Shown in pieces: positions 46,842 through 55,345 of a stretch of DNA of 64,000 bases (position 1 is the first letter of the stretch; each line of letters begins with the position of its first letter). Both the position numbers and the translations under genes were made by a program. The DNA lies in the IMG/VR virus record IMGVR_UViG_3300042298_002704. One strand, given 5' to 3'. Source of the stretch: a virus (lineage: Duplodnaviria > Heunggongvirae > Uroviricota > Caudoviricetes). The notes beneath the pieces are model-generated. The model did not search any database. It saw only the letters and a program-made list of their open reading frames with translations, and was not told the origin of the DNA.

Positions 46842-48974
46842 TTAAAAAAAGTCGTTATCGTTTACAGTTGGTTTTTTATTCTTAGGTTCGTGTTTAGTAT
46901 CGAACGTCCGATTCAATTTGAATTTATTATCAATTGCATACTGAATCCTTAACTTTGCAATTTCAAAATATTCGGGTTCAAGTTCACATCCGATAAACTC
47001 AAACCCCAATAATTTTGCTGCCATTCCTATTGAACCAGAACCTAAGAACGGGTCAAAAACAACTTGTGGATTTGGTGTTTTAAATAACTTCAAAAGGTTC
47101 AGACACAATTGAATTGGTTTTACGGTAACGTGGTTGTTTTTTACGCCCAAATCACGTTCACTCTTAGAAACTTTTGCACAATAATGATAAAGTTGAATAT
47201 CCTGCTCGTCATAATCACATCTTTGCAAAATTTTAGAACAGCCCCCAACACTTGCTTCAACTTCTTTACCAAACGGCTGCGCCTTGTATTTACCATAAAT
47301 TCCATGATGTGGCATAAAGCCATCTTTTCCAGTTTTGCCTACATTATGACTTGATTTCATTGCACCTGATTTACGTTCTCCACTTTGTTCGTCCAAATTA
47401 TCAGCCATTTCAGAATCGACGAAGGTTTGAGATGGGAATCGGCCCAAGGGCGAAGTTCCAACAGCGTAATCACCTTCATATCCGTAAAACTTCGCAGACG
47501 ATTTTGTTCCAAATACTCCGTTTCCACCCAATCTTTTATCAGCATTTGCTTCTAATGAAATCCTGTTCCCGTCAATATCCAAAGCGCCGCACAAACATTC
47601 TTCATCGCCATTTTCATAGGCCAACGTATCATGCAATGCAGAATTCGTCTTATAAGGCTTTTGGAAGACCATTATTGTTTCATTCTGTTGGGCTGACTTC
47701 GTTTCGCAAGTAAAAATGCCAGCAAGATTTTGAACAAAAATTTCGTTTAGTGATTCTAATTTGAGAATTACGTTTGTAAAATTGCGTATTACAGTATTGG
47801 CAATTAACTTTTGTAAATTCTCGTTCAGTAATATCTTTTGTTGCGTGAAGTATTTTATGTTCTCCGTGAGATAATAATTTAAGATTTTCAATTCTGTTAT
47901 CATCTCTGATTTCGTTGATGTGGTGAACATCTTCATTTCTATCCAAATCTCTACCAATATGTTCAGCCATAACTGCCCGATGTTCCAGTATCCATTCAAG
48001 TGGGGTTTTGGGGTTTCTGATAAGTACATATCCATCAGTTCTTGTAAATCGTCCGCCAGTCCATTGTGGATGGTTTTCTCCCTTAAATCCGCGCATAGAT
48101 TCTCCATGACATTTTTTACTACAATATTTCCCAACTTGGCTTGGCGGAGCATAGAATTTACTTCCGCAGTGCAAGCAAAAATTTTTTCGATTTCTTCGAC
48201 AGACATTTGAGCAATATGGCTTCCACGTTGGGTCTGTAATTGTTCTACTTGGAGCAAGATAAAATTTATTTCCGCATTCGAGGCAATCATACCATTTTCC
48301 AAGTCGTTGCTGTGGGTTGTTGTCATTATACATTCTAAAATATCCTTTATATTTTGGGCTAACAATATTCGATTGTCCCAATAAATATCAGGAATTTTTT
48401 GAAAGACACTCACAATTTCTTGGGTCTGTTTCAAAGGAGCGATACTATATTTAAACCCGTCGTATTTTTTGGCGAGATCGGATGAAGGTTGGGTAATTGG
48501 TTGAATTCCAGTTGCAAACTCATTATAACCTTCTCCCCCATTGGAACTTTTATATATTTTACTTCCAACAACTTCCCGTGCTTCACCAAAATATTTGTCC
48601 AAATTTTTTGATAAATCACTTGCCTTCGGAAATGAGCTGGCGAAATACCAATATAAACTTTGTTGTTCAATGAATCCAGAAGAACAAGCATAATATTTAT
48701 TTAGCATTAATTGCCTATCCATTCCAAACATAACAACCCGTCCACCATGTTTCAAGATACGAAACGCTTCAATGAACCATTCTTCCCAAAATTTACCATC
48801 AGGTTGATTCCACTTATTCATGAAATCAACGGCCTTTTTATAATCAGGTTTACCATCTTCTCTGATTATAACTTCACTTCCAAGTGCGTATGGAGGGTCA
48901 GTGAATATCAAATCCACTGAATAATCCCCCATACTTTTCATTTTTTCTAAGCAATCAATATTGAATAAATTCAT
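46842..48974 (-). CDS. Beta-class DNA methyltransferase (710 aa) carrying a 246-codon in-frame insertion
   Basis: DCLEKM, IFTDPPY, HVTVKP, VFDPFLGSGS, FIGCELE; insertion is residues about 185-430. Confidence 0.9.
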   Translation of the reverse strand: MNLFNIDCLEKMKSMGDYSVDLIFTDPPYALGSEVIIREDGKPDYKKAVDFMNKWNQPDGKFWEEWFIEAFRILKHGGRVVMFGMDRQLMLNKYYACSSGFIEQQSLYWYFASSFPKASDLSKNLDKYFGEAREVVGSKIYKSSNGGEGYNEFATGIQPITQPSSDLAKKYDGFKYSIAPLKQTQEIVSVFQKIPDIYWDNRILLAQNIKDILECIMTTTHSNDLENGMIASNAEINFILLQVEQLQTQRGSHIAQMSVEEIEKIFACTAEVNSMLRQAKLGNIVVKNVMENLCADLREKTIHNGLADDLQELMDMYLSETPKPHLNGYWNIGQLWLNILVEIWIEMKMFTTSTKSEMITELKILNYYLTENIKYFTQQKILLNENLQKLIANTVIRNFTNVILKLESLNEIFVQNLAGIFTCETKSAQQNETIMVFQKPYKTNSALHDTLAYENGDEECLCGALDIDGNRISLEANADKRLGGNGVFGTKSSAKFYGYEGDYAVGTSPLGRFPSQTFVDSEMADNLDEQSGERKSGAMKSSHNVGKTGKDGFMPHHGIYGKYKAQPFGKEVEASVGGCSKILQRCDYDEQDIQLYHYCAKVSKSERDLGVKNNHVTVKPIQLCLNLLKLFKTPNPQVVFDPFLGSGSIGMAAKLLGFEFIGCELEPEYFEIAKLRIQYAIDNKFKLNRTFDTKHEPKNKKPTVNDNDFF
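47680..48381 (-). CDS. Zinc-finger HNH homing endonuclease nested out of frame in the methyltransferase (TTG at 48381, or ATG at 48333 after AAGGA)
   Basis: CLEC/CLHC/CQYC and YCSxxC zinc motifs, GENHPQWTGG, EHRAVM...VHHINEIRDDNRIENL...H. Confidence 0.92.
   Translation of the reverse strand: MGQSNIVSPKYKGYFRMYNDNNPQQRLGKWYDCLECGNKFYLAPSRTITDPTWKPYCSNVCRRNRKNFCLHCGSKFYAPPSQVGKYCSKKCHGESMRGFKGENHPQWTGGRFTRTDGYVLIRNPKTPLEWILEHRAVMAEHIGRDLDRNEDVHHINEIRDDNRIENLKLLSHGEHKILHATKDITEREFTKVNCQYCNTQFYKRNSQIRITKRNFCSKSCWHFYLRNEVSPTE
47685..48422 (-). mobile_element. 738-nt dual-coding insertion element in the methyltransferase, encoding an HNH endonuclease in another frame
   Basis: Flanked by diverged duplicates of host sequence (KQT-QEIVSVFQK before, QQ-NETIMVFQK after); removal restores APLKQT|NETIMVFQKP. 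Confidence 0.8.
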
Positions 48975-49171
48975 TTACCAACGTAATCTTTTAAACTTTT
49001 ATAAAAATACATTCCCATACCTAACAATACGAAAAGGGAAAATGATTGCCAATATGTTATTTCATTCCGTTGAAAATAATTTAACCATTGATTTATACAA
49101 AGTTGGAAAATATAGGCACTGATGCTAAATATTGAAATAATAATTAAAATAGAAGTTAGTATTTTATTCAT
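48971..49171 (-). CDS. Small membrane protein (66 aa)
   Basis: Two hydrophobic segments. Confidence 0.55.
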   Translation of the reverse strand: MNKILTSILIIISIFSISAYIFQLCINQWLNYFQRNEITYWQSFSLFVLLGMGMYFYKSLKDYVGK

Positions 49172-49508
49172 ACCTGAACGTTTGAATGTTATTTGGTGAA
49201 ATTGAGTTTAAAATGAAATAAATGGTTTTACAGATGTAATCGATATCAGTATTTTGAACTGTAAATATTTCTGGAAAGAACCTTTGTAAAGGTTCAACCT
49301 TATCAGGAACATTATCATCTGCGCCAATGACCAATTTATTATTCAATATCTTTGAAAGCCATTCATTCAGCGTAATTCCAGATATATCATTCTTTAACAG
49401 TTCAACCTCAAAATGAAGTTTGACTGGTCGAATAACATCGTAAAGGACGTTGAAAATTACGTCAACTTTTACGGTTTCGGTAAGTTCGGTATTTGTTAGT
49501 TTTTTCAT
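49164..49508 (-). CDS. Hypothetical protein (114 aa)
   Basis: ORF in operon-like packing. Confidence 0.55.
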   Translation of the reverse strand: MKKLTNTELTETVKVDVIFNVLYDVIRPVKLHFEVELLKNDISGITLNEWLSKILNNKLVIGADDNVPDKVEPLQRFFPEIFTVQNTDIDYICKTIYFILNSISPNNIQTFRYE

Positions 49509-49510
49509 AA

Positions 49511-51256
49511 TTAACCTTCACAGTGTAAACAATCTGAAAATGTTGAACTTTTCATATTTCTGGATAAAATGGATTCGGTTCTAACATAATAAAGCGATTT
49601 TATACCTTCTTCCCATGCAGTTAAATGAACTTTATTGAACCATTTAGGATCAACATCAGCAGGGAAAAATAAATTTAACGAAATACCTTGATCAACGTAT
49701 TGCTGCCATATAGCAGCATTTTTTACAAGTTCAAGTTGATTTAATTCATAAGCAGTTAAGAACACTTCCTTTTCATCATTAGTCAAAAAATCCAAATGCT
49801 GAACCGAACCTTGATGCTTTACCATTATATCATTCCATAACAATTCAGTATCATATTCTTTATATTTTTTCTGCATCAATTTTTGGAAATGTTTATTTTT
49901 TCTAATAAATGTTCCCTTAGCACTTTTTTGAACCCACGCATTACAAATTATAGGTTCTATTCCTTGCGAAACCCCGCCCGATACAAGAGAGTTAGTAGTT
50001 GTAGGGGCTATTGCAAACAAAGTAGTATTTCTATTATAATCGCACCACTCAGGATTGCCCAATATTTCGCCCCATTTACGATTATAATTGTTACCGTCTA
50101 CTTGAAATTTAGTTCCTATTTTTCTAATCCACGCTTTACTTGTTAAACTATTAAAAGGAATCATTTTAGATTGTAAATAAGTGTGCCAGCCCAAAACTCC
50201 AAGACCTAACAATCTTGCTTTTTTAGCAAAATTAATAGCACTTTCAAATCCAATTTTACCAGAAGCATCTTCTATATATTGCTCCAAATTACAATCCAGA
50301 AATAATAAAGAAAGTTCTATAAATTCTTCATTATCTTTAAACTCATCCCATTTTGTCAAGTTTACGCTTGCCAAATCACACACAACTGTATGTTCAAAAT
50401 CATGCGGGGCCATGATTTCAGTACAAATATTTGTTCCGTCTATTTTTAAATTGCGACGTTTGAAATCGTCTGGTTTATTTTTATTTGCATTATGATAATT
50501 AAAAATATAAGGCTGACCAGTTTTCATTCGGGTAGATAACAATTCGGCCCAAATTTCTCTTGCAATACTATCTCCATTTAAAAGAGATTCATAAAAGTAA
50601 TCGTCTATTGTAACGCAATGATTGACATTCAATGATTGTCGATTTACATCTCCAATGGGCAATCTAATTTTTAAAAATTCTTTTATATCCTTATGCCTAA
50701 TGGGTAAATTTATAGAAATAGCGCCTCGCCTGACCGACCCTTGTGATGTTGCAACTATCGCCGAATCATAAACCTTAATAAACGGAATTGTACCTTCGGT
50801 AAATCCTCCGGTTGAAATGGGTTCTCCACGGCCTCTAATTTTATCGAAAGTTATACCGACTCCTCCTCCCATTTTTGTCAATAGTGCCGTTTCGTGAAGT
50901 TTGTTATAAATTCCGTCAATTGAGTCGGGAACCCTATTGATATAACAACTAATCGTGTATCCTCTGTTTGTACCACAATTTGCTAAAATTGGAGTTGACG
51001 GACATAACCAACCTGCCCACATATAATCAAACCATTTAGTTTTAACTATTTCACAATATTTCGTTATTTGATCATCCGACCATTTTGAGTTTTTAACCAG
51101 CATCTTATTAAGTTGAGTAGCCAATGCCGTAGATACCCTGACATACATTTCTTTTGGCGTTTCGCCATCCAATAAATGTTGCCGTTCTAAGGTTCTCAAC
51201 CCTTCTTCAATCATCCACCCCGGATAATCGTGTCCTTCAATCCAATTATTTATCAT
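49511..51256 (-). CDS. nrdA: Ribonucleotide reductase class Ia alpha subunit (no ATP cone)
   Basis: STPILAN, ISCY, GGGVG, TNICTE, VCDLASVN, IAPTTTNS, SLYY, C-terminal CLHCEG. Confidence 0.96.
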   Translation of the reverse strand: MINNWIEGHDYPGWMIEEGLRTLERQHLLDGETPKEMYVRVSTALATQLNKMLVKNSKWSDDQITKYCEIVKTKWFDYMWAGWLCPSTPILANCGTNRGYTISCYINRVPDSIDGIYNKLHETALLTKMGGGVGITFDKIRGRGEPISTGGFTEGTIPFIKVYDSAIVATSQGSVRRGAISINLPIRHKDIKEFLKIRLPIGDVNRQSLNVNHCVTIDDYFYESLLNGDSIAREIWAELLSTRMKTGQPYIFNYHNANKNKPDDFKRRNLKIDGTNICTEIMAPHDFEHTVVCDLASVNLTKWDEFKDNEEFIELSLLFLDCNLEQYIEDASGKIGFESAINFAKKARLLGLGVLGWHTYLQSKMIPFNSLTSKAWIRKIGTKFQVDGNNYNRKWGEILGNPEWCDYNRNTTLFAIAPTTTNSLVSGGVSQGIEPIICNAWVQKSAKGTFIRKNKHFQKLMQKKYKEYDTELLWNDIMVKHQGSVQHLDFLTNDEKEVFLTAYELNQLELVKNAAIWQQYVDQGISLNLFFPADVDPKWFNKVHLTAWEEGIKSLYYVRTESILSRNMKSSTFSDCLHCEG

Positions 51257-51258
51257 TT

Positions 51259-52209
51259 TTAAAATAAATCCTCAGTTTTAAAATCAACCTTAGTATAAGC
51301 ACTAACTCTTGTTCCGAAAAAATCGCCGAATTCTTGACCGGCACTTAGCGAATCAAACCAAGAAATTCTTTGTAAAGATTCAGTATCAACTTCGAAAATA
51401 GCCTCATAACCAAGTTCAATCAATTTAGTATTAATTCTATGTTTAATGAACTGTTTCAAATCAAAAGGATTCAATGTGCGTATAGAATTATCATTAAACA
51501 AGTTATCAATAAACTTTTTTTCCAGATCGTAAACCATTCTGGCTGCGTCTAAAATATCATTTTTTACCAATTCCTTTAATCCATCATTTTCTGCGCACAA
51601 TTGATTAAACAGCCAGCATCCTCCCTCACTATGTAAATTTTCGTCCCTAATGCTAAATGAAACAATTTGTCCTACACCCTTCAATAAATTTTCACGCTGA
51701 AATGATAATAAAACCGCAAATGAACTAAATAACATACACCCTTCGGCAAAGGCAGAAAAAATTGCTAAGGACTTTGCTTTGTCTTCTATCGTACTTTCCT
51801 CCGGAATATCAATGAAATAATCTATTTTACGTTTGGTATCTTCATCATACAAGAACGATGTAAAATCGTCAAGACCCAAAGTTTCATTTATAAGCGCGTA
51901 ACTATCCTGATGTATAGCCTCAAAATATGAAAATGTTGAACACATTAAACCAATTTCAGGCTTAGGAAACCATTTAGGTACGTTTCTCCAATAATCACCC
52001 ACCAAAACTTCCATTTGAGTAAATCCCTTTAATATACCTCCAATTACTGCCTTTTCAGTTTCAGTTAAATCATTGTTCCAATTTTGTAAATCTTCCCCAA
52101 TTTTGATTTCATCCTTTGTCCAGTGAACTAATTGTTCATTTCGGTAAAAATCGTATGCTTGTTGATATTCAAATGGTCTATAATAAAGTCGTGTATCAGT
52201 TAATGCCAT
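51259..52209 (-). CDS. nrdB: Ribonucleotide reductase class Ia beta subunit
   Basis: YRPFEY, HWT, EAIHQDSY, FAEG, RDENLH, DFF. Confidence 0.96.
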   Translation of the reverse strand: MALTDTRLYYRPFEYQQAYDFYRNEQLVHWTKDEIKIGEDLQNWNNDLTETEKAVIGGILKGFTQMEVLVGDYWRNVPKWFPKPEIGLMCSTFSYFEAIHQDSYALINETLGLDDFTSFLYDEDTKRKIDYFIDIPEESTIEDKAKSLAIFSAFAEGCMLFSSFAVLLSFQRENLLKGVGQIVSFSIRDENLHSEGGCWLFNQLCAENDGLKELVKNDILDAARMVYDLEKKFIDNLFNDNSIRTLNPFDLKQFIKHRINTKLIELGYEAIFEVDTESLQRISWFDSLSAGQEFGDFFGTRVSAYTKVDFKTEDLF

Positions 52210-52360
52210 TTTTCTCCTTGTTTCTAAAATGTTTATCGTAATATTTTTCTAATCTTGTAAATTCTTTTTTATCTTTTTCCCATTCACCTGATAACTGCGG
52301 GTAAAATTCCCAAAACATTCCAGATTTGAGTAATTTTTGATGTCTTTCAATCATTTTCAT
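52196..52360 (-). CDS. Small conserved hypothetical protein (54 aa), not in ORF track
   Basis: MKMIERHQKLLKSGMFWEFYPQLSGEWEKDK... Confidence 0.5.
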   Translation of the reverse strand: MKMIERHQKLLKSGMFWEFYPQLSGEWEKDKKEFTRLEKYYDKHFRNKEKNGIN

Positions 52361-53734
52361 TTAAAACAATTGTTTTTTACGATTTTGCTGTCTTTGATAT
52401 TCTTCGGCTGCAACTTTTTGCTGATATTCTGAATCACTCATGGTTTCATTTTTTGTTTTTTGTCCTTGTTCAGATTCAGGATGATAAAACTCAATGATGG
52501 GCGAATAAGTATCAAATTTTCCCGGAAATGTTAATCCGTCTGGGCCTAACCTTGACTTTGATAAATATAACCTTGCTGTTTTATTCACCTTATCCTTTCT
52601 CCGTCTGGAAAGTGACATTACAACATCGGCAGCAAATATTTTTGCAAATGAATTTGAAATGCCCGAATTTTCGATAATATCAACATCGCTATTTTGCCTA
52701 TTTGTTTGGTCAACAACCCAGCAAGCAACACCAAACCTTCCAGCCAAACCTCGAATATCAGTATAAAGTTGGCCTAAAACTTTATCGTCACGTTCACCTG
52801 TAAAATCAATCTTTAAAAGTTCTGGATAGTCAATTATCAATAAATCTGGCTTATGCCCTGCTAAAACAAATTTTTCTAAATGCGCTTCCAATCCAGTTAA
52901 ACTCAAAGTCGAGGGCGGAAACTCTTTAATGAAAAGTTTACCTTTTAACTTTGAAACTGTATTTTTAACTTGATCCTGATGATATTTTAAATCGTCAAAA
53001 GGGATATTATTCAGAAGGGAATCGTATCGTTTAGCAGTATAAATATCCGCCAATTCCAAAGTATAATGTAAGACAGTTTTTCCTGCTTTTACTGCGTTTG
53101 CGCCGAGTTTAGTCAAAAACCATGATTTTCCTAATCCACTCGGTGCGATGATGATCCCCAAACAACCTTTCGGCAATCCTCCGTTCGTCACTTCATCCAA
53201 TACTTCAAAACCAGTTTTTACTCGTTCAGGTTCTGCTTCTTCCGTATATCGATATTCAACATCATCAATAAAATTGTGACCGAAGTTTTGATTTACAATT
53301 CCTTTTTGAATAGCAACTTTGAACCTTGATAAAATTGAATCGTAATTACCTTGTTGGAAATCATTTATTGAACTTTCAAATGCTTGTTTAATTGCCTGAT
53401 TTTGACCAAATTGGATTGCCGTTTCTTTGATGTATTTTAAGTCACTACTTTCAATTTCCTTAAACGCTTCTTTGAGTGAATTTACAACTTCCTCTCTTAA
53501 TGTTTGAGTTTGAGGAATATTTGAAATTTGAATCTTGAATACGTCAATGGTTGGAAGTAATTTGAAAACTTTGAAATAATCGTAAGTTTTTTCAACTAAC
53601 CACTTCAATGCCGGACTTTCAAAATAATCAGGTTGGATTAAATCTAAACTTTGAGTTAAAAAATCTCTGTCCGTTATTAATGCAGTCAGAACCTTGACTT
53701 GAAATTTATACCCATACTGATTTAAGTTGTCCAT
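52361..53734 (-). CDS. dnaB: DnaB-like replicative helicase (probable start MDNLNQYG at 53734)
   Basis: TGFEVLD, IAPSGLGKS (Walker A), HYTLEL, IIDYPEL, DQTNR, RLGPDG. Confidence 0.93.
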   Translation of the reverse strand: MDNLNQYGYKFQVKVLTALITDRDFLTQSLDLIQPDYFESPALKWLVEKTYDYFKVFKLLPTIDVFKIQISNIPQTQTLREEVVNSLKEAFKEIESSDLKYIKETAIQFGQNQAIKQAFESSINDFQQGNYDSILSRFKVAIQKGIVNQNFGHNFIDDVEYRYTEEAEPERVKTGFEVLDEVTNGGLPKGCLGIIIAPSGLGKSWFLTKLGANAVKAGKTVLHYTLELADIYTAKRYDSLLNNIPFDDLKYHQDQVKNTVSKLKGKLFIKEFPPSTLSLTGLEAHLEKFVLAGHKPDLLIIDYPELLKIDFTGERDDKVLGQLYTDIRGLAGRFGVACWVVDQTNRQNSDVDIIENSGISNSFAKIFAADVVMSLSRRRKDKVNKTARLYLSKSRLGPDGLTFPGKFDTYSPIIEFYHPESEQGQKTKNETMSDSEYQQKVAAEEYQRQQNRKKQLF

Positions 53735-54708
53735 ACGTTTAAACCTGAAAATGTCATTAACAACCACTCATCAACATTTTTGAAAACAGTAGCCAATCCA
53801 TCTTCCATCATTAACTTTCGTATCTGATAGTTGTTTGTTTTACTTATTTTTGGATTTTCCAACCTTTCAAACAAATTTATCTTAGTTGCACCGGAAATAT
53901 CAGTTTCCTGTAATTGCATCAAATAATAATTTCGTTCAAGTAATTGTTCGTTTTCAACTATGTTTTTGAATATTTGTTTTGGTTTCTTTTCTTCTTGAAT
54001 TTTTTGTTTACTTTCTTCAATTAACCTTTGAATGGAAGTTGGTTGTGGAAACGATTTAACCAATGTTTTCAAACCAATTCCCGGAACTCCGTCAATGTTA
54101 TCACTTACATCGCCCGTTACTACCCTAAACGTTAAATATTCTTCCGGCGTAAGGTTCAACTCCTGATAGAAATTTTCATTTGTATAAAGTTTCTTTTTGA
54201 CAGGTGAATAAATTTCAACGTTCGGACTAACTAACTGTAAAAAGTCTCTGTCCGTACTTACAATTCGAACCTTTGAATCCAAGGGTTTGAAATATTGCAT
54301 AGTCATATACGCAATTACATCATCTGCTTCAACGTTCGGAACACAATAAACTTCGACTGGTAAATTTTCAAAATACTTGAATATTTGAGCCATCTGCGTT
54401 CGCATGACCTGTTTTTCTTCCTCTACACTTGAAAATAAATCCTTCCTCAAACCACTTGAACCATTACGGTTGGCCTTGTATTCAGGAAACACTTTTTTAC
54501 GTCGTTGTGAACCTCCACTTCCATCCCAAACTAAGATACATCTCGTTGGTTTGAAATCTCGAATGTTACTTCCAATTGAACGTAAAAATCCAAGTATCCC
54601 CCCAATATAATCACCTCTTTCTGAAATGTCGGACATTGAAGAGAAAATTCTCATGTAAGAATTCAATGAGTCGATTATTAAGACTCTATCATTTCTGGTT
54701 TTATTCAT
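53722..54708 (-). CDS. 5'-3' exonuclease / RNase H-like flap nuclease
   Basis: LIIDSLN, VWDG, YKANR, EADDVI, STDRDFLQL, GDVSDNIDGVPGIGLKT. Confidence 0.95.
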   Translation of the reverse strand: MNKTRNDRVLIIDSLNSYMRIFSSMSDISERGDYIGGILGFLRSIGSNIRDFKPTRCILVWDGSGGSQRRKKVFPEYKANRNGSSGLRKDLFSSVEEEKQVMRTQMAQIFKYFENLPVEVYCVPNVEADDVIAYMTMQYFKPLDSKVRIVSTDRDFLQLVSPNVEIYSPVKKKLYTNENFYQELNLTPEEYLTFRVVTGDVSDNIDGVPGIGLKTLVKSFPQPTSIQRLIEESKQKIQEEKKPKQIFKNIVENEQLLERNYYLMQLQETDISGATKINLFERLENPKISKTNNYQIRKLMMEDGLATVFKNVDEWLLMTFSGLNVWTT

Positions 54709-54944
54709 TCAAAAAACCGTGTTATCGAATTTTTATTATCAGGATTTATCAAAGAAAATACTAACCAACCAAGTATTACCAACAAACCAATCGCAACCAC
54801 GACAAATCCTATTTTAGCAAGCCAAGCAACAAATGAATGTGCTGTCGAACTAAACTCGGATATTAATTTACCAATTGTTCCGATCACCCACAATACAGTA
54901 ACCAGAAATATACTACTCCATAAAATTCGAACTAAGTTAAGCAT
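54705..54944 (-). CDS. Small membrane protein (79 aa)
   Basis: Two hydrophobic segments. Confidence 0.55.
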   Translation of the reverse strand: MLNLVRILWSSIFLVTVLWVIGTIGKLISEFSSTAHSFVAWLAKIGFVVVAIGLLVILGWLVFSLINPDNKNSITRFFE

Positions 54945-55146
54945 CTTTTTCTAAATTATTTTTGAGAAAGTTATAAACCATTTCTATAAATCGTTTACGT
55001 TTTTGTTCATCATCAATTATATATTCACTTTTGAAATCCGATGGTAATTCAGAATCCAAAAATTCACTTTCAAGTGAAATTGTAAGTTTCCAATTCCCAT
55101 TTTCAAGATGGTGAGAATTTACAAGTACGTCAAATTCTTTTTTCAT
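54937..55146 (-). CDS. Hypothetical protein (69 aa)
   Basis: ORF overlapping neighbours. Confidence 0.55.
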   Translation of the reverse strand: MKKEFDVLVNSHHLENGNWKLTISLESEFLDSELPSDFKSEYIIDDEQKRKRFIEMVYNFLKNNLEKDA

Positions 55147-55342
55147 AATAATCCATATTTTCGTTATCTAAAAATACAATTTCTTGGGTATTCTCATCGC
55201 AGAAAAATCCAACCAAAGGTTTATCTAAACGAACTGTTAATTCGGTATCATCAACATCTGAAAATTCAGAAAAAACAACATCGTAATTCAAGTATTGATC
55301 AGGCACTTGATGTAAAAAATCAATTAAATTATTTAATTTCAT
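55130..55342 (-). CDS. Hypothetical protein (70 aa)
   Basis: ORF overlapping neighbour. Confidence 0.55.
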   Translation of the reverse strand: MKLNNLIDFLHQVPDQYLNYDVVFSEFSDVDDTELTVRLDKPLVGFFCDENTQEIVFLDNENMDYYEKRI

Positions 55343-55345
55343 ATA

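Noticed and set aside
47685-48422. Intein or group I intron explanation for the methyltransferase insertion
   Set aside because: No N-terminal Cys/Ser, no His-Asn followed by Cys/Ser/Thr, and no Hint motifs; the HNH frame fills nearly the whole insertion, leaving no room for a ribozyme core (splicing is not excluded experimentally)
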